From the NCBI GenBank assembly GCA_963771175.1, contig CAVYSY010000032.1, forward strand, positions 416,001 to 480,000: a stretch of DNA of 64,000 nt, in the 5' to 3' direction. The notes under the pieces are model-generated. The model had not been told where the DNA came from. It worked only from the letters and a program-made list of their open reading frames with translations, and did no database searches. The position numbers and the translations under genes were made by a program. Numbering within the stretch: position 1 is the first letter of the stretch; each line of letters starts with the position of its first letter. Of this stretch, positions 44,493 to 56,456 are shown piece after piece. This DNA is from an uncultured delta proteobacterium. Lineage in GTDB: Bacteria > Myxococcota > Myxococcia > Myxococcales > Myxococcaceae.

Positions 44493-44726
44493 ATGAAGAC
44501 CCTGAGCATGATGCCCGCCTGGATGCTGTACCTGCTCGCGCCGATGATGGCGCTCGCCCAGACCGCTCCGCCCTCCGACAGCCAGCGACAGGACCAGTAT
44601 GTCGTGAGCAGTCCCGCGCTCTGGCTCTGGGTGGCGATGCTCGTGGTGGCGGCGGCGGCCTTCGCGTTCGTCTCCTTCCGCCTGTCGAAGCGGAGGCAGC
44701 CACCGCACCGTCCGAGCACACCCTGA
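44493..44726 (+). CDS. small exported/membrane protein (77 aa)
   Basis: Signal-peptide-like N-terminus ending ALAQ, short polar linker, TM segment and basic tail KRR. Confidence 0.5.
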   Translation: MKTLSMMPAWMLYLLAPMMALAQTAPPSDSQRQDQYVVSSPALWLWVAMLVVAAAAFAFVSFRLSKRRQPPHRPSTP

Positions 44727-44732
44727 CGCGGC

Positions 44733-45605
44733 TCAGGGCGAGTCCGCGGCGGCCTTGGCCTCGCCCTGCTTGCCCGAGGGGAGATCCGGAATCAGGAGGA
44801 TCTCGATGCGCCGGTTGCGAGCGCGACCCGTGGGCGTGGCATTGGTGGCCACGGGCTTGGTCTGGCCATGGCCCGCGGCCACGAGCCGGCCCGCCGGGAC
44901 AGCGGCATGCTCGTTCAGGAAGCGCACCACGTTCACCGCGCGGGCCACGGACAGCTCCCAGTTCGTCGGGTAGGTCGCCACCAGCCGCTGCGAGGGCGGC
45001 GCATCATCCGTGTGGCCCGACACGAAGATGGAGCGGCCCTCCACCTTCGCGAGCACCGCGCCCAGCCGCGACAGCACCTCGCTGCCACGCGGGTTGAGGC
45101 TGGCCTCGCCCGAGTCGAAGAGAATCTTGTCCACGAGGTCCACCTGGATGCGGCCCGCGGCCTGCGACAGACGGATCTCCCCATCGGCGATCTCCGCCTT
45201 CAGCTTCTGCTCGATGTCCTCGTAGGTGGCCTTGAGGCGCGCCAGCTCGGCCTCCTTCTCCGCCACCGTCTGCTGGAGCTGGTCGCGCTCGCTGGACAGC
45301 CGGGTGCGCTCGTCCTCGAGTGCCGTGAGCTTCTGGTCCCGCGCCGCGAGCTGCTCCGAGAGCTTCGCCTCCAGCTCCTTGCGCGCCTGCTCCGAGGTCT
45401 CTACCTGCGCGCGCGCGTCCGCGGCCGACTTCTCCGCGCCCTCCGCGCGAGCCTTCTGCTCCGACCAGGCTCCGAAGCCGTAGTAGCCCGCGACACCGGC
45501 GAGGAGCACCACCAGCACCGTCACCAGCCACGGAACCCAGGGCTTCGAGCCACGACTCCGGGGAGCAATCCCCTTGGCGTACACCGTCTCATTGTCTCCA
45601 GACAT
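44733..45605 (-). CDS. OmpA/MotB family peptidoglycan-binding membrane protein
   Basis: N-terminal TM, coiled coil, ILFDSG, VSGHTD, NWELSVARA and NRRIEI. Confidence 0.9.
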   Translation of the reverse strand: MSGDNETVYAKGIAPRSRGSKPWVPWLVTVLVVLLAGVAGYYGFGAWSEQKARAEGAEKSAADARAQVETSEQARKELEAKLSEQLAARDQKLTALEDERTRLSSERDQLQQTVAEKEAELARLKATYEDIEQKLKAEIADGEIRLSQAAGRIQVDLVDKILFDSGEASLNPRGSEVLSRLGAVLAKVEGRSIFVSGHTDDAPPSQRLVATYPTNWELSVARAVNVVRFLNEHAAVPAGRLVAAGHGQTKPVATNATPTGRARNRRIEILLIPDLPSGKQGEAKAAADSP

Positions 45606-45697
45606 GGCGGTGAAGCTAGAGGCCCCGCCCGGTGCGCCTCAAGGAGGCACAGGTGAGCGCAGGTGTCTGGAGGTGCAAGGTTCCACTCGTGGTGGAC

Positions 45698-46090
45698 TCA
45701 GACGGAGGGGCCGCTCGCCGCGCGCAGGGCGTCGATGAGCTCGTCGGCCGACACCGGGTGGCCCTGCCCTTCCGGCGTGAAGAAGATGCCCACCGGCATC
45801 CCCTCCTCGGCGAGCTGCGGCAGCACGTTGTCGATCAACTCCCGCAGCTTGATGGGGCGGGGCTGGAAGCCGGACCACAGCCGCGTGGCGCAGAGGGCGG
45901 CGAACTCGGGCGCGGGCCAGAGCGGCAGCACGTCCCGCCCGGCGTCGTCGAGCGCGAGCGCCCAGCCCTCGCCATCGAGCCCCCAGACCTCGCCGGATTC
46001 CACCACGCGCTGGAGGAAGTACGAATAGCGGCGGGCAGCGGGTAACCGCAGCACGGCCTGCACACGTTCCTGGCTTTGCTCACGTTCCAT
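45698..46090 (-). CDS. DUF2750 domain protein
   Basis: RYSYFLQRVVESGEVWGL...LPLWP...FAALCA...W pattern. Confidence 0.8.
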   Translation of the reverse strand: MEREQSQERVQAVLRLPAARRYSYFLQRVVESGEVWGLDGEGWALALDDAGRDVLPLWPAPEFAALCATRLWSGFQPRPIKLRELIDNVLPQLAEEGMPVGIFFTPEGQGHPVSADELIDALRAASGPSV

Positions 46091-47090
46091 TCGTCCTCCC
46101 ATTCCTCGAAGAAGGATTCATCACCGGTCCGACATGGGCCACGCCACCGGCGACCCCACCCACCAGCGAGGTCACCTCCTCGGCACAACCCCAGGAGAGC
46201 GTCACGCCCGCGCCTCCGTGTCCGTAGTTGTGGATGACGCACCGCCCCTCCACCCGCTCCACCTCGAGGCGCACCGAGGGCCGCCCGGGCCGCAGCCCCA
46301 CGAGGTGTTGCAGCACGTGGATGCGGGTGCCCTCGGGGAGCAGCCGCGCCGCGCGCGCGAGGATGGCCTCGGCCTGCGCCGGGTCGGGCTCCAGCGATGC
46401 GTTCCCCTCCTCGGCCGTGCCGCCGAGGATGCAGTCGTGGGTGCGGGGAATGATGTAGGTCATGCCGCGAGTCTCGTCTTCGTCGAGGAGGAAGCGCTCT
46501 ACCGGGAGCGGCGCCACGCGGAGCACCTCGCCGCGGATGGGGAAGAGCGACTCGTCCCCCAGCAGGGAGCGCGAGCCCAGGCCGGTGCAGTTGACCACCA
46601 GCGGAGCCACCGCCCAGGCCTCGTCCAGCGAGCGCACCTCGCGCGGATGGATGGAGCCCCCGAGCTGGCGGAAGCGCGCCAGCAGGTAGGGGAGGTAGCG
46701 CGGCATGTCGATGACGGGGGCCTCGAAGACGAAGCCATCCACGTAGCCGGGGAGCAGCTCGGCTGGAGTGGCCCGGCGGAAGTCGGGCACGCACGAGCGC
46801 CACCACGGGTCGGGAGCAGGCTCGCGCAGGAGCTCGAGCCCGAGGACCTTGCGCACGCCGGTGTCGGGCCGGGTGGCGAGCGCGCACAGCTCGTCGAAGG
46901 TGCGACCGGCCCAGGCGGTGACGCGCTCCTGGGGGAATGCGCGGTACGGGTACCAGACGGCCGCCGCGATATCGGAGGTGGTGTGCGGGGGCTGCTCGCG
47001 CGCCCAGATCTCCACCGTGTGACCGGCTTCAAGCAGCCGGACACCACAAGACAGGCCGGAGACTCCACAACCGAGAATGACGACGTGCAT
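46080..47090 (-). CDS. dao: D-amino-acid oxidase (FAD)
   Basis: GCGVSG, TTSDIAAAVW, VVNCTGLG, IRGE, YIIPR, VGLRPGR and HNYGHGGAGVTLSWGCA. Confidence 0.9.
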   Translation of the reverse strand: MHVVILGCGVSGLSCGVRLLEAGHTVEIWAREQPPHTTSDIAAAVWYPYRAFPQERVTAWAGRTFDELCALATRPDTGVRKVLGLELLREPAPDPWWRSCVPDFRRATPAELLPGYVDGFVFEAPVIDMPRYLPYLLARFRQLGGSIHPREVRSLDEAWAVAPLVVNCTGLGSRSLLGDESLFPIRGEVLRVAPLPVERFLLDEDETRGMTYIIPRTHDCILGGTAEEGNASLEPDPAQAEAILARAARLLPEGTRIHVLQHLVGLRPGRPSVRLEVERVEGRCVIHNYGHGGAGVTLSWGCAEEVTSLVGGVAGGVAHVGPVMNPSSRNGRTNGT

Positions 47091-47194
47091 GGGGGAACAG
47101 GGGAGCGATTCCCAGTTCTAGCGCGGATGGGGCCGGAAGCGTGAATGCCTCCCTCACTCCATGTAATCGAGGGGTGGAGGTATCTTCCCCGGCG

Positions 47195-47980
47195 ATGCCT
47201 CCCCCCATCGGTCTGCTGACGGATTTCGGCTTGACGGACACCTACGTGGGCCAGATGAAGGCGGCCATCCTCCGGGTCGCCCCGACGGCCGTCCTGGTGG
47301 ACCTCACGCATGCGGTGCCCGCCCAGGACGTGAGGGGAGGCGCGTTCCTACTGTGGAGCGCGGTGGAGGCCTTCCCCGAGGGCTCCTTGCAGCTCGCGGT
47401 GGTGGATCCGGGCGTGGGCTCGACGCGACGCGCCGTGGCGGCCCGGACGCGGCGGGGAGACGTGCTGGTGGGTCCGGACAACGGACTGCTGGTGCCGGCC
47501 ATCGAGCAGCTCGGGGGGCTGGCCGCGGCGGTCGAGCTGACCGAGCCCGCGTATTGGGGCCCTCGCAAGTCGAGAACCTTCCACGGAAGGGACCTGTTCG
47601 CTCCAGTGGTGGGGCACCTGGCGACGGGCGTCCCGCTGGAGAAGCTCGGCCCCGCGCTGCACCACCTGCAAACCCCCTTCTCCTTCCCACCGCCGACGGA
47701 GGAGGACGGGTGCCCGGTGGGCGAGGTCCTCCACGTGGACACCTACGGCAACCTCATCACCAACCTCCCCGGAGCGTTGCTGCCGGCGCGCTTCCGGGTG
47801 CACCTCGGGTCCACGGTCATCGAGGGCGCGCCCCACGCGCACTACCAGGTCGTCACTTCCGGTGAACCGCTCTCACTCGTGGGCAGTGCGGGGCTGTTGG
47901 AGGTGTCGGTGCGGGACGGCAGCGCGGCCGAGGTGCTCGGCGTGGGCCGGGGCGCACGCGTGCACATCGAGCCGGCTTGA
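47195..47980 (+). CDS. SAM hydrolase / SAM hydroxide adenosyltransferase (DUF62)
   Basis: LLTDFG, DLTH, VVDPGVG, GPDNG, SRTFHGRDLF and HVDTYGN. Confidence 0.9.
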   Translation: MPPPIGLLTDFGLTDTYVGQMKAAILRVAPTAVLVDLTHAVPAQDVRGGAFLLWSAVEAFPEGSLQLAVVDPGVGSTRRAVAARTRRGDVLVGPDNGLLVPAIEQLGGLAAAVELTEPAYWGPRKSRTFHGRDLFAPVVGHLATGVPLEKLGPALHHLQTPFSFPPPTEEDGCPVGEVLHVDTYGNLITNLPGALLPARFRVHLGSTVIEGAPHAHYQVVTSGEPLSLVGSAGLLEVSVRDGSAAEVLGVGRGARVHIEPA

Positions 47981-48027
47981 CCCTTCCTGTCGAGCGACTC
48001 CGTGCCCAGCTTGTCCACGAAGGAGCC

Positions 48028-48630
48028 ATGCGCATGGGGACGGAGCGGCCGAGGCGGAAAGCACCCGGCTGGGCGAAGGCCCACATCTACACGGTAGGCC
48101 ACTCCACCCGCTCGACGGAGGAGCTGGTGGAGCTGCTGCACGCGCACGGCATCCGGACGCTCGTGGACATCCGCACGGTGCCCCGCTCTCGCACCAATCC
48201 CCAGTTCAACCAGGACACTCTTCCGAAGACGCTCGCACGGGCGGACATCCGGTACGTCCACCTGCCACGGCTCGGGGGCCTGCGCCACGCACGCAAGGAC
48301 TCACCCAATAGCGCGTGGCGCAACGCCAGCTTCCGGGGCTACGCGGACTACATGGGGACCGACGAGTTCGCCCAGGGGCTCGAGGAGTTGCGCGAGCTCA
48401 CCGAGGACGGGCCGCTGGCCCTCATGTGCGCCGAGGCCATGCGCTGGCGCTGCCACCGCACCCTCGTGGCGGACGCGCTGTACGCACGAGGCGTGGTGGC
48501 ACTGCACATCACCAGCCGCACCCGCGCCGTGCCCCACGAGCTCACGCCCTTCGCGGTGCTGCACGGCCGGCAGGTGCTCTACCCGGGCACGCCCGAGGCC
48601 GGGGCGGAGGCCTCCGCTCCCGCGCCTTGA
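48028..48630 (+). CDS. DUF488 domain protein
   Basis: IYTVGHST, LVDIRTVPRS, WRNASFRGYADYM and MCAE...CHR. Confidence 0.9.
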   Translation: MRMGTERPRRKAPGWAKAHIYTVGHSTRSTEELVELLHAHGIRTLVDIRTVPRSRTNPQFNQDTLPKTLARADIRYVHLPRLGGLRHARKDSPNSAWRNASFRGYADYMGTDEFAQGLEELRELTEDGPLALMCAEAMRWRCHRTLVADALYARGVVALHITSRTRAVPHELTPFAVLHGRQVLYPGTPEAGAEASAPAP

Positions 48631-48642
48631 GCCGGGTTCTCC

Positions 48643-49020
48643 TCAGGCAGTCTCGCGCACGCGCTGACCGAAGGGCGCGAGCGCGAGGAACGCGAGCTTC
48701 AAGTGCTGGAGCGCGAACGGGATGCCGATGATCGTCACCGCGAGCGACAACCCGAGCGCGAGGTGGCTCAGGAAGATCCACACCCCAGCGACCACGAGCC
48801 AGAAGACGTTCAGCACGCAGCCAATGCCGCCGCTGCCCTTCTGCTCGGTGATGTCCTTGCCGAAGGGCATCAGCGCCAGACCGGCGATCTTGAAGCACTG
48901 CACCCCAAAGGGGATGCCCACGATGGTGAGGCAGAGAAGCAGGCCGCCGAGCAGGTACTCGAGCCAGATGACGAACCCACCGCCGAACACGATCCACAAG
49001 AGGTTCAGGAGCAATCGCAT
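48643..49020 (-). CDS. YccF domain inner-membrane protein
   Basis: Two repeats of LNxxW...TIxGIPF...K...ALxPFG. Confidence 0.9.
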   Translation of the reverse strand: MRLLLNLLWIVFGGGFVIWLEYLLGGLLLCLTIVGIPFGVQCFKIAGLALMPFGKDITEQKGSGGIGCVLNVFWLVVAGVWIFLSHLALGLSLAVTIIGIPFALQHLKLAFLALAPFGQRVRETA

Positions 49021-49039
49021 GTCCTGCACCTAAATGGGA

Positions 49040-49064
49040 TTGGGCCCATCATTCAAGGGCCCAA
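49040..49064. promoter_or_regulatory. inverted repeat between divergent yccF-like and cbrX-like genes
   Basis: TTGGGCCC-N9-GGGCCCAA, perfect 8-bp arms. Confidence 0.4.
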
Positions 49065-49101
49065 GTACCTGGAGCCCGGCGCACTGCTATGCTCGGAGGC
49101 G

Positions 49102-49291
49102 ATGAAGCGCGCGTCGGAACCCGGGGGACAGCCAATCATGCTCGCGCTGTTCGTGTTCGCCGTGGCGGCGCTCCTCTTCGGCTCGCCCCTGCGCCAGCTC
49201 TGGCTGCGCGAGGGCGCCCCCTGGTACCAGCCCTTCACCGTGTGGCTCGGCGTCATCGGGCTCGGGGCCTGGGCCGCACGCCGGAGCGGCC

Positions 49292-49302
<11 letters not shown>
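49102..49302 (+). CDS. cbrX: CbrX-like small two-TM membrane peptide (66 aa)
   Basis: GGAGG then ATG 49102. LLFGSPLRQLW...APWYQPFTVWLGVI resembles Pseudomonas CbrX as recalled (LFSP..DWW...AWYRPYLLWL). The stop overlaps the kinase start by 11 nt. Confidence 0.72.
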
Positions 49303-52247
<2,945 letters not shown>

Positions 52248-52375
52248 CATGACGCGTCTCGTCACGCCGTTTGGAAGTGGACAGAAACCCGGGCAACGGG
52301 ACTACCCTCTCGGTCAAGCCTTCCGAGGGATTCGCCCAGTTCCCGCGAGCGGCCTCGGAAGGGGGGGCAGCAGCC

Positions 52376-53737
52376 ATGAGCCGCATCCTGGTCATCGAGG
52401 ACGAGCCCGTCATCCGCACCGAGCTGCGGCGCCTGTTGACGCGAGCGGGACACGACGTGGCCGAGGCGAGAGCCATCCACGAGGCCGAGACCGACTACGC
52501 GCTGGACACGTTCGACCTCATCCTGAGCGACCTGCGCCTGCCGGGCGCGCCGGGCACGGACGTCATCGCCAAGGCGCCGGGCGTGCCGGTGCTCATCATG
52601 ACGAGCTACGCCACGGTGCGCTCGGCGGTGGATGCCATGAAGCTGGGCGCGGTGGACTACATCGCCAAGCCCTTCGACCATGACGAGCTGCTGCTCCAGG
52701 TGGAGCGCGTGCTGCGCGAGGGCCGACTGAGCCGGCAGAACGCCGCGCTGAAGCGCGAGGTGGAGCGCGCGTACGCGGTGAGCGGGATGGTGGGCACCTG
52801 CGCGGCCATGCGTGAGGTATTCGAGCGCGTCCGCAAGGTGGCGGCCTCGCCGGCCACGGTGCTGGTGCTGGGCGAGTCCGGCACGGGCAAGGAGCTGGTG
52901 GCGCGCGCCCTCCACGCGCAGAGCCCCCGGCATGACGGGCCACTGGTGGCCGTCAACTGCGCCGCCATCCCCGAGGGCCTGCTGGAGTCCGAGCTGTTCG
53001 GCCACGAGAAGGGCGCCTTCACCGGAGCACAGACGGCGCACGCGGGCCTGGTGGAGAGCGCGGACGGGGGCACGCTCTTCCTCGACGAGATTGGCGAGCT
53101 TCCCGCCCCGGCCCAGGCCCGCCTGCTGCGGATGATGCAGGACGGAGAGGTTCGACGCGTGGGCGCCACGCGCTCGCGCAAGGTGGACGTGCGCATCGTC
53201 GCCGCCACCCACCGGGACCTGCCCAAGCGCGTCCAGGAGGGCGCCTTCCGGCAGGATCTCTACTTCCGCCTGCGCGTGGTGGAGATCAAGCTGCCGCCCC
53301 TGCGCGAACGTGGCGAGGACGTCCCGGCGCTCGCGAAGCACCTGCTGGAGAAGGCGTGCCAGCGGCTCAACCGCCCCCCCGCGACGTTCTCGCCCGAGGC
53401 GCTGGCGACCATCGCCACGCACCCCTGGCCCGGCAACGTGCGCGAGCTGGAGAACGCCCTCGAGCGGGCCGTCATCCTCGCCGATGGCCCGGTCATCACG
53501 CCCGGGCTGCTCGCGCTGGAGCCCGGTGGCAACAGCGCCTTCGAGACGCCGGAGCTGCCCGATCCCGGCATCGAGGGCAGCGCCTCGCCCGACTCGCTGG
53601 AGGAGTACTTCCGCCGCTTCGTGCTGGAGCACCAGGAGAAGTTGGGCGAGACGGAGCTGGCGCGCCGGCTGGGTATCAGCCGCAAGGCCCTCTGGGAGCG
53701 GCGCCAGCGGCTCGGCATTCCTCGCATGCGCGCCTGA
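52376..53737 (+). CDS. cbrB: sigma54-dependent response regulator, CbrB-like
   Basis: REC (LSDLRLP), GESGTGKE, GAFTGA and WPGNVREL. The C-terminal SLEEYFRRFVLEHQ...ETELARRLGISRKALWERRQRLGIPR is characteristic of CbrB. Confidence 0.88.
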   Translation: MSRILVIEDEPVIRTELRRLLTRAGHDVAEARAIHEAETDYALDTFDLILSDLRLPGAPGTDVIAKAPGVPVLIMTSYATVRSAVDAMKLGAVDYIAKPFDHDELLLQVERVLREGRLSRQNAALKREVERAYAVSGMVGTCAAMREVFERVRKVAASPATVLVLGESGTGKELVARALHAQSPRHDGPLVAVNCAAIPEGLLESELFGHEKGAFTGAQTAHAGLVESADGGTLFLDEIGELPAPAQARLLRMMQDGEVRRVGATRSRKVDVRIVAATHRDLPKRVQEGAFRQDLYFRLRVVEIKLPPLRERGEDVPALAKHLLEKACQRLNRPPATFSPEALATIATHPWPGNVRELENALERAVILADGPVITPGLLALEPGGNSAFETPELPDPGIEGSASPDSLEEYFRRFVLEHQEKLGETELARRLGISRKALWERRQRLGIPRMRA

Positions 53738-53899
53738 TGAAGCGCTCGTCAGTCCCCGCAGTGACCAATCCGTGACAGTCCGGGCGTGTTCTGCCCTCAA
53801 CGTCCGCACGCGCCGGGCCCGTGGGCCGAGCGCCATCCCGTGCTCTCTTGTGCTTCCAGACGCTCTCCCGGAGTTGGGGGGAGCAGGGGAGCCGCGTCC

Positions 53900-55804
53900 A
53901 TGCACAGCACATCCATCGTGGGAGTCGGGCTGGAGGGGACCCGGACACCGAAGCCGTCCGTCCCCTCGCCGCCCCGCCTTGGTCCATGGGCATGGGTCCT
54001 GGCGCGGCTGGACGCATGTCTCCCGGAGTCGCTGCGCCAGTCTTGTCCCGTGGAGCTCAGTCGGGGCCGGCTGCTGGTGGGCATCCTCGGGATGCTGCAG
54101 CTGCTCAACCTGCTGGTCCTGTTCTTCTACGTGCGGTTGAGCCCGGACCCGTGGCGCACCGGCTTCATCCAGATGGCGTGCCTGGTGGGCTTCACCGGAA
54201 CGCTGTGGAGACTGCGCCGGGCCTCGTCGCTCCGGTTGCCCTCGCTGGCTCTGTGCTTCCTCGTGACGGCGTCCGTGATCTCCGAGTCCTGGTTGACCGG
54301 ACAGCAGTTCGTGGCCGTGAACGTCATGGCCATGCTGGTGCCGATGCTGAGCGTGTACCTGCTGGGACTGCGCTGGGGCCTGTTCTTCACCGCGCTCATC
54401 GCCGTGAACACGGGCATCCTCCACCCCCTCGCCTTCCCGCCTCCGGGAGGCCCGATGCTGAACGCCTTCTCGGCGATCTTCGTCCTGTGCGGCTGGCTGG
54501 TGAGCTGGATGTTCCTCGCCTCGCGCGAGGGGGCACACGCGGCGCTCGAGCAGGCGCTGCGGACGATGCGCGACAGCGAGGGCAAGCTCGTCAGCCTCTT
54601 CGAGAGCACGGATGACCCGGTGTTCTCCCTCGACACGCGGGGGCGGATCATCACCACCAACCAGGCGGGGAAGGAGGAGTGCCACCAGCTCTTCGGGAGC
54701 GAGCCGACCCAGCTCGGGTCCATCTTCGACGTGCTCGCACCGGAGCATCGGACCCTCTGGAAGGAGCGGCTCGAGCAGACACTCAGTGGGCAGCGCGTCC
54801 GCTTCCAGGTGGACACCCTGGTGCAGGGCCGACTCCGGGTCATGGACATCAGCCTCAACCCCGTCTTCGGGGCCGAGGGACACCCGGTGGGGGTCACCCT
54901 CTTCGGGCGGAACATCACCGCGCTCAAGGAGGCCGAGGCCCGGCTGAGCGAGCTGCACCGCAGCCTGCTGGACGTGTCGCGCCAGGCGGGCATGGCGGAG
55001 ATGGCCACCGGCATCCTCCACAACGTGGGCAACACGCTCAACAGTGTGAACGTGTCGGCGGGGGTCATCTCCGAGCGGCTGCGCTCCCTGCGAGTGGCCG
55101 GCGTGTCCAGGGTCTCGGGGTTGCTGCGCGAGCACGCGCACGACCTGGGCGCCTTCTTCACCCAGGACCCCCGGGCCCAGCAGCTCCCCGCCTATATGGA
55201 GACGCTCTCCGAGCAGCTCGTCGCCGACCAGGAGGCGCTGCTGGCCGAGACGCGGGCGCTCAACCAGAGCGTCGAGCACATCAAGGCAGTGGTGAGCATG
55301 CAGCAGTCGCAGGCGCGCTCCTCCGGCATGCTGGAGCAGATATCGGTGCCCCAGCTCCTGGACGATGCACTGCGCCTGCACACCCTGTCCTTCGGGCGCC
55401 TGGGCATCCAGGTGCGCACCGAGTACGCCGCGGTGCCGCCCGCGATGGTGGATCGGCACAAGCTGCTTCAAATCCTGCACAACCTGCTGACCAACGCGCG
55501 GCACGCGGTGCTCGACAACGGCGGACCGGACAAGCTGATCTCCGTCCGCGTGGCACAACACCCCCAGGGGTGGCTGCGCATCGAGGTGACCGACAACGGC
55601 GTGGGCATCCGGCCGGAGCACCTGCCGCGCATGTTCACCCAGGGCTTCACCACGAAGAAGGATGGGCATGGCTTCGGCCTGCACATCAGCGCGCTGGCGG
55701 CCGAGGAGATGGGCGGCTCGCTCACGTGCGCGAGCGCGGGCACGGGCCAGGGAGCGACCTTCTCCATCGAGCTCCCCCTCGAGGGCCAGGAGCCCAGGGA
55801 CTGA
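53900..55804 (+). CDS. multi-TM PAS sensor histidine kinase
   Basis: Five to six TM segments, PAS, AGMAEMATGILHNVGN H-box, NLLTNA and GFTTKKDGHGFGLH. Confidence 0.9.
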   Translation: MHSTSIVGVGLEGTRTPKPSVPSPPRLGPWAWVLARLDACLPESLRQSCPVELSRGRLLVGILGMLQLLNLLVLFFYVRLSPDPWRTGFIQMACLVGFTGTLWRLRRASSLRLPSLALCFLVTASVISESWLTGQQFVAVNVMAMLVPMLSVYLLGLRWGLFFTALIAVNTGILHPLAFPPPGGPMLNAFSAIFVLCGWLVSWMFLASREGAHAALEQALRTMRDSEGKLVSLFESTDDPVFSLDTRGRIITTNQAGKEECHQLFGSEPTQLGSIFDVLAPEHRTLWKERLEQTLSGQRVRFQVDTLVQGRLRVMDISLNPVFGAEGHPVGVTLFGRNITALKEAEARLSELHRSLLDVSRQAGMAEMATGILHNVGNTLNSVNVSAGVISERLRSLRVAGVSRVSGLLREHAHDLGAFFTQDPRAQQLPAYMETLSEQLVADQEALLAETRALNQSVEHIKAVVSMQQSQARSSGMLEQISVPQLLDDALRLHTLSFGRLGIQVRTEYAAVPPAMVDRHKLLQILHNLLTNARHAVLDNGGPDKLISVRVAQHPQGWLRIEVTDNGVGIRPEHLPRMFTQGFTTKKDGHGFGLHISALAAEEMGGSLTCASAGTGQGATFSIELPLEGQEPRD

Positions 55805-55820
55805 CGCCCGCGCGCGAGCG

Positions 55821-56456
55821 CTACCGGATGTGGGACGGGTCGTCCGGCACCACCCACAGGTACAGGGTGGTCCCGTCGGATTCGACGGTGCGCTCCGGTT
55901 CCCAGCCCTCGATGTCGAAGGCATGCGAGACGATGCGCGTCCCCGGCTTCAGCTCGCCCAGCAGCTTCGGCTTGAGCTGGGTGTTGACGCTCGGCAGCAG
56001 GTACATCGTCACCACCGTCGCGTCGCCGATGTCCGCCTTGAAGATGTCCTCCTGACGGAACTCGGCGAGGTCCTGCACGCCCTCGGCGCGAGCGTTGGCC
56101 TCGGCCTCCTGGATGCGCTCGGGGTTGATGTCGATGCCCACCCCGTGCACGCCGTACCGCTTCGCCGCGGTGATGACGATACGCCCGTCTCCCGAGCCCA
56201 GGTCATAGAGCACGTCCCCCGGCTTCACGTCGGCCAGCTCCAGCATGTCGTCCACCACCTGCTGCGGGGTGGGCACGTACGGCACGTCCGGCGGCTTTTC
56301 GGGCAGGTCCGAACGTCCCAGGTTGTACGGCACGTACAGGGGCGCCGCGGATTCATCCTGGTCCTGGTTCTGGTCCTGTGACTGAGCCAGCGCCGAGAGC
56401 CCCAGCGCGCCCACGCCCATCAGCGCTACACCGAACGCGGCTTTCCGAATCTCCAT
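55821..56456 (-). CDS. class I SAM-dependent methyltransferase with N-terminal signal peptide
   Basis: GGAGG then ATG 56456; signal peptide ending ALA-Q; DVPYVPTP, YDLGSGDGRIV and LKPGTRIVSH. Confidence 0.88.
   Translation of the reverse strand: MEIRKAAFGVALMGVGALGLSALAQSQDQNQDQDESAAPLYVPYNLGRSDLPEKPPDVPYVPTPQQVVDDMLELADVKPGDVLYDLGSGDGRIVITAAKRYGVHGVGIDINPERIQEAEANARAEGVQDLAEFRQEDIFKADIGDATVVTMYLLPSVNTQLKPKLLGELKPGTRIVSHAFDIEGWEPERTVESDGTTLYLWVVPDDPSHIR

Noticed and set aside
47195..47980. SAM-dependent fluorinase/chlorinase
   Set aside because: The TFHGRD histidine indicates the DUF62 hydrolase branch, and there is no biosynthetic cluster nearby.
53738..53899. crcZ-like sRNA downstream of cbrB
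   Set aside because: No AANAANAA repeats, sigma54 element or terminator; only weak GTGACC/GTGACA hexamers at 53761 and 53772.
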